From positions 32,001-96,000 of the forward strand of contig JBITAJ010000029.1 of the NCBI GenBank assembly GCA_044440125.1: DNA of 64,000 nucleotides. Direction: 5' to 3'. Numbering within the stretch: the stretch's first letter is position 1; every line of letters starts with the position of its first letter. Below are positions 37,482 through 47,269 of the stretch, piece after piece. The DNA comes from Sedimentisphaeraceae bacterium JB056. GTDB lineage: Bacteria; Planctomycetota; Phycisphaerae; Sedimentisphaerales; Sedimentisphaeraceae. Made by a program: the position numbers and the translations under genes. Under the pieces are notes generated by a model. It saw only the letters and a list, made by a program, of their open reading frames with translations, was not told the DNA's origin and did not search any database.

Positions 37482-39626
37482 ATGCAGCGTTGTTATTTGA
37501 TTGCTGCCGGATTGCTATTTGCAATTCAATTTTTTTGCGGTGCTGCTTACGGGCAGGACGGTCAAGATATTTCTGCGGATGTTGATCAGCGGCATCAATA
37601 CATACTTTCATTCTGCAGCCCTGAAGATTATGTCGATCATATGTACATCGGCCGGCTTGAGGTCTGTGACATGGAGAATAAATGGCTCGTGGAAACCGGA
37701 AGGGAAGTTCTTGATGAGACTTGGGGAATAACTGACAGGTCCAGTTTTCTTGATGTGATTCTGTGGCAGGTTGAGAAGGGGTATGGACCTCGCATTGAGA
37801 GATTTGCAGGGTATATAAGCAGGGTTTCAAAAGATAAGTATGAGGGAATGATAGCGAAGTATCGGGATGACGAGGAGAACCTTTACCGGGTATTCTTAGG
37901 CAGGAAATACAGCAATATGTTTCGCAGCGGCAAGATGCGGGTGTGGGATATCTGCAACGCAATTTCCATTACAAGGCTGGCTTATACTTGCGGTTATATC
38001 GATGAAGACGAGGCGTGGCGGATGCTTGAAGGTCTTGAAATCCCCAAGAAAATGCTGGCTCAGTATGAAAGTTGGCAGGATTTCTATGACCATTATCTGA
38101 TAGCAAGACATTACTGGTCCAAGGAAGATACAGAGAATAATAGCAACCAGCTTGCCTTGGGAGCCATGGCATTGTCTGAGATGCGGTATAGTCCGTGGCA
38201 GCGATACAAAGATATGAAGCCCGCAAAAAGCGGCCTTCCTGATTATTTCCTGCAAAATATCGAGGTTCCGGATGCTGAAGTGTCCTATCCCGTGATAATT
38301 CATAACGAAAGGTCTGATTATAAGGATGCTTTTGTTGTCTCAGACAGCAATGATATTTACAGGGCTGTTTGTGATAAAAATATCTCGAGGATATTTGTAG
38401 CCGGTGGTGATTATTATATGCCAAGGCCCCTCAAGCTTGGAGCAGGGCAGTCTATTATAGGAGCAGGACGTGATAAGGTTGTTTTCCGATTCAGAACAGA
38501 AGATGATAGCTGCGTTGAGATGAGTTCATTCTTTAACCTGCTTGAAGCTGTTACATTGACTGATGAGTCTAAAAAAAGATGCGGAGAGATGATTTTGGTA
38601 AACGGCAGTGATTGTGTGATAAGAAATTGCCGTATAACCGAAACTAAAAAACGCGGCATTTTGATTTCAAAAGGAGCAAAGGCATTTGTTGACAGTTGTA
38701 CGCTTGAGAGCAACGGCGGTATTAAATGCAGTGGCGGCAAGCTGAGGCTTGCAGGTTCACATATCGAAAAGTCAACAAGTTGTGGTGTGCTTGCGGCAAA
38801 GGCGGCTGATGTTGACATTGAAGGCTGCAATATCATTGCTTCAAAAGGTGAAGGGATTCGTTGTGATAAGTGCAGCAACGTGATGATTACAAATAACATT
38901 GTGATGGATAATGAGGGATGGGGGATTGAAATTAAAGAAGCTGAGAATGATTTCTATGTACTGAACAATTTTCTCAAAGGCAATGAACTTTCAGGTGTGA
39001 TTGCCGATGATTGCGGCATGGGGGTTATAAGTTACAATCAGTCGCATCTTAATGGTTATGACGGTATTCTGGTTGATCAAGAAGGGCCGGTTGTTGTTGC
39101 TGGAAACCGTTGCTATCGCAATGGCTTTTATGGGATAGATGTAACCGCATCTAATCCTGATGTCTCGGATAATGAAGCGGTCAATAATAATTATTCCGGT
39201 ATTGTCTGTACGATGCCTTCAAGGGTTAGGGGTAACAGAGCTGCTGGGAATATGTGGGATGGAATTGAACTTTGTGATGACATGATAGAATTCAGTGGTA
39301 ATGTGATTGACCGGAATATGTATGTCGGGGTTGATGTCTATGAGGATGTTTTCTCAATTAATATTGAAGCTAATTCTATCAGTGAGAATCTGTGGGCTGG
39401 AATTTATATTCGCAGCGAGTCTTATAAGGTAAAAATCAGTCGCAACCAAATCAATGATAATGGAGCCTGGCCAATTGTTTTTGCAAATGAAAAAGTTGTC
39501 GCGATTTGTAAAGATAATCAATTCAAAGGCAACTTTCAAGGCGACAAACTCAAAGTCAGGAAGAAGGAGAGCGGCTACCTTGATAAATTCGAACTATATT
39601 ACGGTAAGCTAAGCAAGGGGAAATAG
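37482..39626 (+). CDS. secreted protein: DUF1266-like helical domain plus right-handed beta-helix repeats
   Basis: Signal peptide; L.ETWGI.DR and WD..NA..ITR.AY.CGYI..DEAW motifs; many N-x-x-x-G-I parallel beta-helix repeats. Confidence 0.7.
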   Translation: MQRCYLIAAGLLFAIQFFCGAAYGQDGQDISADVDQRHQYILSFCSPEDYVDHMYIGRLEVCDMENKWLVETGREVLDETWGITDRSSFLDVILWQVEKGYGPRIERFAGYISRVSKDKYEGMIAKYRDDEENLYRVFLGRKYSNMFRSGKMRVWDICNAISITRLAYTCGYIDEDEAWRMLEGLEIPKKMLAQYESWQDFYDHYLIARHYWSKEDTENNSNQLALGAMALSEMRYSPWQRYKDMKPAKSGLPDYFLQNIEVPDAEVSYPVIIHNERSDYKDAFVVSDSNDIYRAVCDKNISRIFVAGGDYYMPRPLKLGAGQSIIGAGRDKVVFRFRTEDDSCVEMSSFFNLLEAVTLTDESKKRCGEMILVNGSDCVIRNCRITETKKRGILISKGAKAFVDSCTLESNGGIKCSGGKLRLAGSHIEKSTSCGVLAAKAADVDIEGCNIIASKGEGIRCDKCSNVMITNNIVMDNEGWGIEIKEAENDFYVLNNFLKGNELSGVIADDCGMGVISYNQSHLNGYDGILVDQEGPVVVAGNRCYRNGFYGIDVTASNPDVSDNEAVNNNYSGIVCTMPSRVRGNRAAGNMWDGIELCDDMIEFSGNVIDRNMYVGVDVYEDVFSINIEANSISENLWAGIYIRSESYKVKISRNQINDNGAWPIVFANEKVVAICKDNQFKGNFQGDKLKVRKKESGYLDKFELYYGKLSKGK

Positions 39627-39659
39627 TTTGACTTGTGATGATTGAAAGGAGTTAGGAAT

Positions 39660-40907
39660 ATGCGTGTATGCATACATCGAGGTTGTAAGCAGATAGGCGG
39701 CAGTTGTGTAGAGGTTGAAAAAGATGGACAGAGGTTGTTAGTAGACATTGGGCTGCCCTTAGATGCTGAAGGTGAAAGCTCTAAATATCTGCCTGAAATA
39801 GAAGGTTTGGATGGTAAGGATGAATCTTTGCTTGGGATTCTTATTTCTCATCCGCATATTGATCATTTCGGATTATTGGAAGATGTTTCTCCTGTTGTTC
39901 CCATAGGAATTGGAGCGGCCGCAAGAAGAATACTTAAAGCCGCGGCTCCATTTTTGCCAAACAAAAAAGATCTTTCGTTTAATGGGTGGGAGTTGAACTC
40001 AGAGAAGTGTATAAGAATCGGTCCATTTACAGTAACTCCTTATCTTGTAGATCATTCAGCGTATGATTCTTATGCATTTAAGATTGAAAGCGGAGGAAAG
40101 AGCCTTTTCTATAGCGGTGATTTTCGTGCTCATGGAAGAAAAGCAGCTTTGTTTGAACGCTTAATTTCCGATCCGCCTAAAAATATTGACGTACTTTTAA
40201 TGGAAGGTTCATCTTTGGGGCGTATTTCTGAGTTTCAGCAATTCCCAACAGAAGATGAAATAGAAGATAGATTAACGGGGATTTTATCTCAGACCGCTGG
40301 CTTAGGGTTGGTTCATACATCTGGACAAAATATCGACAGGATTGTTTCTGTTTTCCGTGCTTCTAAGAAAACGGGGAGAAAATTGGTCTTAGATCTTTAT
40401 ACTGCATCAATTCTGCATGCTACAAAAAACCGTAATATACCGCAATCATACTGGTCAGATGTCGCACTGTATGTGCCGCAAGCGCAACGAATTAAAATAA
40501 AGAAGAATAGATGGTTTGAATTGTTGGAGAGGCACTCCTCTGGACGAATATATATTGATGAAATTAAGGAGGATTCCAATAAATTTACTCTGTTGTTTCG
40601 TCCATTGCACGGGTCAGATTTGGAAAAGGCTGAATGTCTTGAAGGAGCGGCATACATTTATTCTCAATGGGAAGGTTATTGGGAGCAAGGCTCTTACGAT
40701 TTTGTAAAAAAATGGCTTTGTCGAAATTCTATTCCCAAATATAGTGTTCATACATCTGGGCATGCCAGTTTGGAAAATCTGAAAGAAATGGCTTCTGCTA
40801 TCAATCCGGCTTCTTTGGTGCCGATTCACAGCTTTATGCCGGAACGATATTTAGAATTATTTGATAATGTACATGTTAAGCAAGACAATGAATGGTGGAA
40901 TGTATAA
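39660..40907 (+). CDS. MBL-fold/beta-CASP (RNase J-like) metallo-hydrolase
   Basis: IGGSCVE, ISHPHIDHFG, VDHSAYD, YSGDFRAHG, HTSGHA, VPIHS. Confidence 0.88.
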   Translation: MRVCIHRGCKQIGGSCVEVEKDGQRLLVDIGLPLDAEGESSKYLPEIEGLDGKDESLLGILISHPHIDHFGLLEDVSPVVPIGIGAAARRILKAAAPFLPNKKDLSFNGWELNSEKCIRIGPFTVTPYLVDHSAYDSYAFKIESGGKSLFYSGDFRAHGRKAALFERLISDPPKNIDVLLMEGSSLGRISEFQQFPTEDEIEDRLTGILSQTAGLGLVHTSGQNIDRIVSVFRASKKTGRKLVLDLYTASILHATKNRNIPQSYWSDVALYVPQAQRIKIKKNRWFELLERHSSGRIYIDEIKEDSNKFTLLFRPLHGSDLEKAECLEGAAYIYSQWEGYWEQGSYDFVKKWLCRNSIPKYSVHTSGHASLENLKEMASAINPASLVPIHSFMPERYLELFDNVHVKQDNEWWNV

Positions 40908-41855
40908 ATGAAAACGAGAACGATATCAGACGACTTTATGAGTGACCTAATGGTTGGGAAGCTTAGCTCTCTGCTCAGTCGAATTAAACAAGACCATACT
41001 CTTATGCTGTCAATAAGGAAGAACTATGTTAATATATATTATCGAGGCGGGAATATTCTCAAAGTAGAAGAGCAAAGCAACGGTTCTTACCGTTCTTTTT
41101 TCGATCAAAATTACGATACACAGAATAGACTTAATGGATTAGCCTTGAAAATGCCGAGCTCTATTAATAGTCGTGATGATTCTGACCATTGGGTGGCGGC
41201 ATTACAGGAATTAAAGGGGATAATGGATTGTTATTTTTCTACGTATAACAAGCCGGAGCGAGAGTTTCAGCAGTTGATTGCCCGTGAGAATAATTTTTCA
41301 ACGATCTCAAATCAAAGCGAGTATTTTGTTTCAGATATTGAGCTTGCGGATTCTGGGCTTGGAGCGAGATTCGATATTTTGGCTCTCCGATGGCTTGCAT
41401 CGCAACGAAAAAATGCAGCCGGTTTTCGTCCTGTATTAATTGAAATGAAGTATGGCGATAATGCATTAAATGGAAGCTCAGGGATAATCAAGCATCTTGC
41501 TGATATTCAAGAAATTATTGAAGAAGGCAAATATGAGTTGTTAATTGATACTATGCTAAGCCAGTTTGTGCAGTTGGATGAACTTGGTTTGATGAAATTT
41601 AATAAAGTAGCAAACTGGGTGAGTCCTGAAATAGATAAGGAAGTGAAACCTGAGATTGTCTTTGTATTGGCCAATCACAATCCACGAAGCTCTACCTTAA
41701 AAACAATATTGAACGATCCCAAAATTGATAAATTTGATGCTTCTGGAAATTTTGACTTAAGGTTCCATGTTTCCAGCTTCTCTGGTTATGCGTTACATGC
41801 TGACTGTATGTTACCCTTGAAAGAATTCAGGAAATTAGTAAATAGCAAAAGCTGA
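40908..41855 (+). CDS. hypothetical protein with a putative PD-(D/E)xK nuclease motif
   Basis: EREFQQ...DIE...RFDILAL...LIEMKYG; starts immediately after the MBL stop codon. Confidence 0.65.
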   Translation: MKTRTISDDFMSDLMVGKLSSLLSRIKQDHTLMLSIRKNYVNIYYRGGNILKVEEQSNGSYRSFFDQNYDTQNRLNGLALKMPSSINSRDDSDHWVAALQELKGIMDCYFSTYNKPEREFQQLIARENNFSTISNQSEYFVSDIELADSGLGARFDILALRWLASQRKNAAGFRPVLIEMKYGDNALNGSSGIIKHLADIQEIIEEGKYELLIDTMLSQFVQLDELGLMKFNKVANWVSPEIDKEVKPEIVFVLANHNPRSSTLKTILNDPKIDKFDASGNFDLRFHVSSFSGYALHADCMLPLKEFRKLVNSKS

Positions 41856-41875
41856 GTAGGTGGAAATAGAATTGC

Positions 41876-42955
41876 TTACAGGCTTTCGAGTCGCTGCTGT
41901 TTGTCGTAGAGTTTGAGTGCTTCCACTACCTCATCCATTTCGCCTGCGATTATCTTGTCGAGGCTGTAGAGCGTGAGGTTTATACGGTGGTCGGTCAATC
42001 TGTTTTGCGGGAAGTTGTATGTACGGATTCGCTGTGAACGGTCGCCTGAGCCGATCATTGCCTTACGCTGCGAGTCTCTCTCGGCACGTTCCTTCGAGAT
42101 AAAGTGCTCATAGATACGGCTTCTCAGGATTCGCCATGCTTTTGAGCGGTTCTTGTGCTGGCTTTTCTCGTCACGCATGCTCACTGTGATGCCAGTCGGG
42201 ATATGCTCAAGCTTTATCGCACTGTTGATTTTGTTGACGCTCTGGCCGCCTGGGCCGCCTGCACGGCTTACGTGCTCAACCACATCGTTGGGGTTGATGT
42301 CAACTTCCACTTCTTCGGGTTCGGGCATGATGGCTACAGTTGCCGCGGAAGTATGAATTCTGCCCTGAGTCTCAGTCTCGGGTACTCTCTGAACCCTGTG
42401 TCCGCCGCCTTCATATCCAAGAGCTGACCATACGCCGGGGCCCTTTATACTGGCGATAACTTCCTTAAGGCCGCCTTTTTCCATACCTGAAAGCGAAATT
42501 ACTTCCACTTTCCATTTATTCTTATCGGAATATCGGCTGTACATCTCGAAGAGGTCGCGTGTGAAAAGGGCTGCCTCATCGCCGCCGGTTCCAGGACGAA
42601 TCTCAAGAATAACAGAATCAATGACCGCATCATCAGCCATTACAAGCTCATCTTTGATTTGCTGGAGTGTGCTTTCGCTTTTTTCCTGAAGCTCGGCGAT
42701 TTCAATTTCAGCAAGTTCGGCCATTTCCGGGTCTTCAAGCAGCTCTTGTGAACCTTCAATGCCCTCAATAGCATCTTTATAGCTGCGATAAAGAGATATC
42801 ACCGGACGAAGCTTGGCCTGTTCCTTTGTGAGAGGAATAAGCTTACTGTGGTCGCTTGATATTGCAGGGTCGAGTATTTGATCTTCAATACTGCTGTATC
42901 TTTGCTCGAGCTCGTCAAGTTTTGCTATAATTCGCTGGTTCTGATCTGTAGACAT
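41876..42955 (-). CDS. prfA: peptide chain release factor 1
   Basis: GGQ motif, VPETE (PxT), IRTYNFPQ. Confidence 0.97.
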   Translation of the reverse strand: MSTDQNQRIIAKLDELEQRYSSIEDQILDPAISSDHSKLIPLTKEQAKLRPVISLYRSYKDAIEGIEGSQELLEDPEMAELAEIEIAELQEKSESTLQQIKDELVMADDAVIDSVILEIRPGTGGDEAALFTRDLFEMYSRYSDKNKWKVEVISLSGMEKGGLKEVIASIKGPGVWSALGYEGGGHRVQRVPETETQGRIHTSAATVAIMPEPEEVEVDINPNDVVEHVSRAGGPGGQSVNKINSAIKLEHIPTGITVSMRDEKSQHKNRSKAWRILRSRIYEHFISKERAERDSQRKAMIGSGDRSQRIRTYNFPQNRLTDHRINLTLYSLDKIIAGEMDEVVEALKLYDKQQRLESL

Positions 42956-43033
42956 TGGGGCATCTCAATTTAGATGAAAAATGGTTTTGTATCACTTAAA
43001 CATTGTTAATGTAACCATTTATGATGCTTGTAG

Positions 43034-43077
43034 AAAAAACTACGCTACCGAAGATGGCGCGCATCGACGGTAGCGTA
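43034..43077 (-). terminator. intrinsic terminator after rpmE
   Basis: TACGCTACCG/CGGTAGCGTA stem with a minus-strand T6 tail. Confidence 0.7.
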
Positions 43078-43100
43078 TGTGTAATAAACCTGAATCAGAA

Positions 43101-43325
43101 CTATTTCTTTTTAACTCTGTCAAGCAGACTTGAGCCGAATTTCTTCTGGAATCTTTCGATTCTACCGGCAGAGTCAATGAACTTCTGCTTACCCGTATAG
43201 AACGGGTGGCACATAGAACAAATTTCAGCATGGATTTCCTTTGCGGTGCTGCGTGTCTCGAAAGTATTGCCGCAACCACAATGAACCGTTACTGTGTCAT
43301 ATTTAGGATGTATATCTTTTTTCAT
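43101..43325 (-). CDS. rpmE: 50S ribosomal protein L31 (Zn-binding type)
   Basis: [23 protein letters not shown]. Confidence 0.97.
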   Translation of the reverse strand: MKKDIHPKYDTVTVHCGCGNTFETRSTAKEIHAEICSMCHPFYTGKQKFIDSAGRIERFQKKFGSSLLDRVKKK

Positions 43326-43769
43326 TTTATATCTCCATATTTTAAAATTAATGGGCAGATTATAACTAATGAGCGGTGCTTTTCAATGTTTTTTTTGAAA
43401 ACTAAGCATGCTTTTGCCTTTTTTTGGGCTCTGAACACTTATTAATGGCAGATAATCGTGCTGATATATAAGTTTTACGGATATTTCTCGATGATGTTTG
43501 TCTTTTTCTGCTTTATATTTGCTTTTAATTGCGAGTTGGGAAAAAGCTGTTTTGGGGCATGGATAGCTTTGCTCTTACACTGATATTCATTATATAGCTT
43601 AGTAATTCATACTATTTCAATTGACGGTGAGTGCGATAGTTTGTATTATAAAACTTGTATTCTTTGGCAAGTGTATACTGAATCGAGTTAAAATTTGGAG
43701 ATGAGGAATGAGTGAAAAAAGAAACTTGCCCCCTTAACTCCATGACCCCTTTAACTCCAGAGAATTGCA

Positions 43770-44375
43770 ATGAATAGGTTTAATATGAAAATAGTATCTA
43801 CAATCAAAAGTTGGATTCTTTCACATTTTGCATGTTTTGTGGGCGTATTACATGTATTTTATATATTATTTTTACATATGACAATTGAGGCATCCAGCGA
43901 TGGACAGGCCTCTATGGATTGGGCTTATGCAGGATTCTTAGATTTCCCGATTTCGCTTGTGAACAAAATTTCTATGAGACCTCTTTTGTGGCATTTGACC
44001 TTGGGAACAATTTATTTCATAGGCGTAACTTATTTCTACCATAAGATACTCGCAAGAATTAATGATTCAGTGTTGAAACATGTATTGTTTTATTTGCTAT
44101 TTTGCCCTACTTTATGCTCATGGCTTTATCTTTTATCTTACAATACTAACATCAAAGTACGTATAATCATTCAATCGATGCTAATTTTATTATGGCTTAT
44201 TTGTTATCTGGCTTCGATTTATAAATTTAAGTTAAAAGCCATAATTTATGTCTTGGCTTTTCCTGCAATTGTCTATTTTTTGGTGCGAGACTTACTGCTT
44301 ATTTATATTAGCCAAGTTAGCGATTATGAATCTGTTTGGTATGAAATATTTTATCATATTGCCGGTTATCCTTAA
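43770..44375 (+). CDS. hypothetical multi-TM membrane protein
   Basis: AT-rich hydrophobic ORF. Confidence 0.6.
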   Translation: MNRFNMKIVSTIKSWILSHFACFVGVLHVFYILFLHMTIEASSDGQASMDWAYAGFLDFPISLVNKISMRPLLWHLTLGTIYFIGVTYFYHKILARINDSVLKHVLFYLLFCPTLCSWLYLLSYNTNIKVRIIIQSMLILLWLICYLASIYKFKLKAIIYVLAFPAIVYFLVRDLLLIYISQVSDYESVWYEIFYHIAGYP

Positions 44376-44507
44376 ACTTTTCTCTTATAGCAAGCTATTA
44401 ATTGAGATGTAATTAAAGGGGCAGGTCTGCTCTGTAGAAAAGGTTGAGAAAAAGTGCATTCGCAAAAGCATGCGTTTTGTAAAATTAGAAATAGAGTAAT
44501 TAGTACT

Positions 44508-45074
44508 ATGGTTGAAACAGAAAAAATATATAAGTTAGCTCTCAGGATTTTTGGTCTTTATTTTGCGGTACATTTGGTTTTGCGTTGTATTGCCTTGACT
44601 TTAATCATTGGTCTTTTATGCTTGACTAATATTCAAATAGAGATATTGAAACCTCTTGCAATGAATACTTCTGACGTTATAAGTTATTTGTTATTTGCAT
44701 TATTGTTTCTTAAACGCAATAAATATGTGGATAAAATTTACTATAATTCACTTGAATCAGAGAAGGGAAATGAATATACGCGATTAGCCTTGATTTCTGT
44801 GAAATTCACAATACTATTTTTTGTTTTGAAAATATTCAGAAATTTGCTAAGAATATTGACGATACTTGCAACGAGGTGTATTGGAAGATTTGGCAAGGGC
44901 AGCGATGATCTGTTCTTTTTACAGCATGATTTGCTCATGTTGGTTTATAAGGACAGTATCGTACCGCTAACTGTCCTTGGTTTAGTGCGTGATATTTCTA
45001 TAGATTTAACGGTGGCAATCCTGCTAATCGTGTTTGTTAAGAAAATAAAGAGATTTTTAGTCCCGGGAAAATAG
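44508..45074 (+). CDS. hypothetical multi-TM membrane protein
   Basis: AT-rich ORF with about 4 TM helices; start position uncertain. Confidence 0.6.
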   Translation: MVETEKIYKLALRIFGLYFAVHLVLRCIALTLIIGLLCLTNIQIEILKPLAMNTSDVISYLLFALLFLKRNKYVDKIYYNSLESEKGNEYTRLALISVKFTILFFVLKIFRNLLRILTILATRCIGRFGKGSDDLFFLQHDLLMLVYKDSIVPLTVLGLVRDISIDLTVAILLIVFVKKIKRFLVPGK

Positions 45075-45219
45075 GGACGTTTACTAATTTATTGAGCAAT
45101 TCAATCCCATATCATCCTTATATTAAAGTCTTTACACCACTTTAAGGGGTAACTGTCCCCTGTTTTGGAGAGAGTCTGCTATGATCCTGTAAATCCTGTT
45201 ATCTTGTCTGAAAAGAAAT

Positions 45220-45261
45220 TCCAAAGCGGTTTTACGCTATCGCTTTCAACCGCACTCCAAA
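45220..45261 (-). repeat. REP-like hairpin
   Basis: Minus strand TTTGGAGTGCGGTTGAAAGCGATAGCGTAAAACCGCTTTGGA; GCGGTT/AACCGC stem flanked by direct TTTGGA. Confidence 0.5.
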
Positions 45262-45410
45262 GGGCTACGCCTTCTGATTATTGATTTTGTTAAGATGTAG
45301 GGGCAGGTTTTTTATTATTAGTTGAAAAAAGCGAGTTTTTTTGGTATTATCTCCAGTTATGTGATTTTTATTGCAGTTGCATTTTATATTTATACAGGGA
45401 GAACTTTAAT

Positions 45411-46661
45411 ATGAAATTTGATATTACAAGACGTGATTTCCTGAGAACTGTTTCAGCGGCTTCGATAACAGCGGCGGCAGCAGGGAATGTTTTTGCGGAA
45501 GATGGAGAGAAGGCAGCCAAGGCAGAGGCTAAAGAAAGCAGTAAAAAAGACTCCAGATATCCAGAAGTTCCAAGGCGGACTCTTGGCAAGACTGGCATAA
45601 CTGTGCCGATATTATCGCTTGGCGCGATGTATAATGTAATAGATAACCAGGTTGGTCTGAGGAAAACCCTCGCTCACAATGCCAATTACTGGGATACTGC
45701 CCACTCCTATGCCGGCGGCAACAGTGAAATCGGCATCGGTAAGTTCTTTGAAAAATACCCTGAAAAGCGTGAGCAAGTCATAATTGCGACCAAGGCTTCA
45801 GGTGCAAAGACCTCCGAAGACAGGGATAGCCGTCTGGCAACGAGTTTTGAGCGTATGAATACTGATTATGTCGATATTTATTATGGCGTTCACGGCATGT
45901 CAAGCCCTGAGCAGCTCACTGATGAGCTGAAACAATGGGCAGCCAAGGCAAAAGAAGAGGGTAAGATAAAATTCTTCGGTTTTACTACTCACAAGAATAT
46001 GACTGAGTGTCTGAACGCCGCTGCCGAATGTGACTGGATCGATGTCATAATGACCAGCTTCAATTTCCGTCTCCTACAGGATAGTGCTTTCATGGCGGCT
46101 GTTGATAAATGTCATAAGGCCGGTATCGGACTTGTCGCGATGAAGGTTATGACACGCGGTCAGAGTTTTGAGAGTGATGATGATAAAGAGCTTCGCCGTG
46201 ATCTCAATGATCCGGGGCTTTCTGTTGCTCAGGCCAAGATCAAGATTGTGCTTGAAGATGAACGCATTGCTTCGGCTTGCATAGGAATGGACACTATCTC
46301 AAAGCTCAACGAGAATATCCGTGTTGCTCTTGAGCACGAAGACAAGAAGCTTTCGGAAGCTGACAAGGTTGCAATGGCAAGATTTGCGAATGAGACACAG
46401 GGCAGCTATTGTGCGGCTTGCGGAAAGTGTTCGACTGTTTCCCAGATGCCTTATACGCCGGAAGTTATGCGTTATGTTATGTATTACAACAATTATGGCG
46501 GCGCAGAAGACATGGCTATGGCAAGAGAGCTTTATTCTCAAATACCAAAGAGCTATCGTGATATGATTACAGGCTTTGATTACAGTGCGGCTGAAGCTTC
46601 ATGTCCGCAGGGCGTTAGGATAAGCAGTGTAATTGATGAGGCGGCAAGAAAACTTGCTTGA
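45411..46661 (+). CDS. Tat-signal aldo/keto reductase with C-terminal Fe-S-like motif
   Basis: TRRDFLR, RRTLGKTG, WDTAHSY, IATK; CAACGKC...CPQG. Confidence 0.9.
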   Translation: MKFDITRRDFLRTVSAASITAAAAGNVFAEDGEKAAKAEAKESSKKDSRYPEVPRRTLGKTGITVPILSLGAMYNVIDNQVGLRKTLAHNANYWDTAHSYAGGNSEIGIGKFFEKYPEKREQVIIATKASGAKTSEDRDSRLATSFERMNTDYVDIYYGVHGMSSPEQLTDELKQWAAKAKEEGKIKFFGFTTHKNMTECLNAAAECDWIDVIMTSFNFRLLQDSAFMAAVDKCHKAGIGLVAMKVMTRGQSFESDDDKELRRDLNDPGLSVAQAKIKIVLEDERIASACIGMDTISKLNENIRVALEHEDKKLSEADKVAMARFANETQGSYCAACGKCSTVSQMPYTPEVMRYVMYYNNYGGAEDMAMARELYSQIPKSYRDMITGFDYSAAEASCPQGVRISSVIDEAARKLA

Positions 46662-46677
46662 TGAATACCATTAATTT

Positions 46678-47173
46678 ACCATGAAGCTCTTGAAGGACAT
46701 GAAGATATAATCAATCAGGAGAAAGGATGAAGGGGGGGAGTTAAATTTAGTGAATTATCTAATAAGGTTATTGGTTGCGCGATAGAAGTACATCAAACAC
46801 TGGGGCCTGGTTTACTCGAATCAGCATATCAGCAGTGTTTACATTTTGAATTGCTCTCAAATGGCCTTTCAGTTGAAACGGAGAAGCCATTGCCGGTGAT
46901 TTATAAAGGTGTGGAGCTTGATTGTGGTTATAGGATGGATATTGTAGTTGAGAATGAAATTATAATAGAGCTTAAAAGTGTCCAGAAAATTGAGCCTGTA
47001 CATGAGGCTCAGATTTTGTCCTATATGAAATTGTCGGGCATTAAGTATGGCTTTTTGATGAATTTTAACTCTGTACTACTTAAAGAAGGACTTAGAAGCT
47101 TTGTGCTGTAGTCTTTAATTCCGAATAGGCAATTAGAATTATTAGAACTTCATGTCCTTTTGTACTTCATGGT
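46678..47173 (+). mobile_element. putative GxxExxY element with bipartite terminal inverted repeats
   Basis: Left end ACCATGAAG-ctcttg-AAGGACATGAAG (46678-46704); right end CTTCATGTCCTT-ttgta-CTTCATGGT (47148-47173). Confidence 0.7.
46727..47111 (+). pseudogene. GxxExxY protein (PD-(D/E)xK-like); start codon out of frame by one base in a G7 tract
   Basis: Frame 46731-47111 reads ...FSELSNKVIGCAIEVHQTLGPGLLESAY...YRMDIVVE..IIELKSV...AQILSY; the RBS-preceded ATG at 46727 reads MKGGS*. Confidence 0.8.
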
Positions 47174-47210
47174 GAGATATAAAATTTCTATTTTAAGTGT
47201 TTATCTGTTT

Positions 47211-47269
47211 ACCTTGAAGCTCTTGAAGAGCATGAAGATATAATTACTCAGGAGAAATTACTTCATGGT
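47211..47269 (+). mobile_element. gene-less copy of the GxxExxY element ends
   Basis: 47208-47257 is 45/50 identical to 46675-46724 and is followed after 3 nt by CTTCATGGT. Confidence 0.75.

Noticed and set aside
43066..43076. ops-like GACGGTAGCGT
   Set aside because: It is one arm of the rpmE terminator, on the non-coding strand, with no long operon downstream
46851..47111. 86-aa ORF as a complete gene
   Set aside because: It lacks the GxxExxY motif, which is encoded in frame upstream of this TTG
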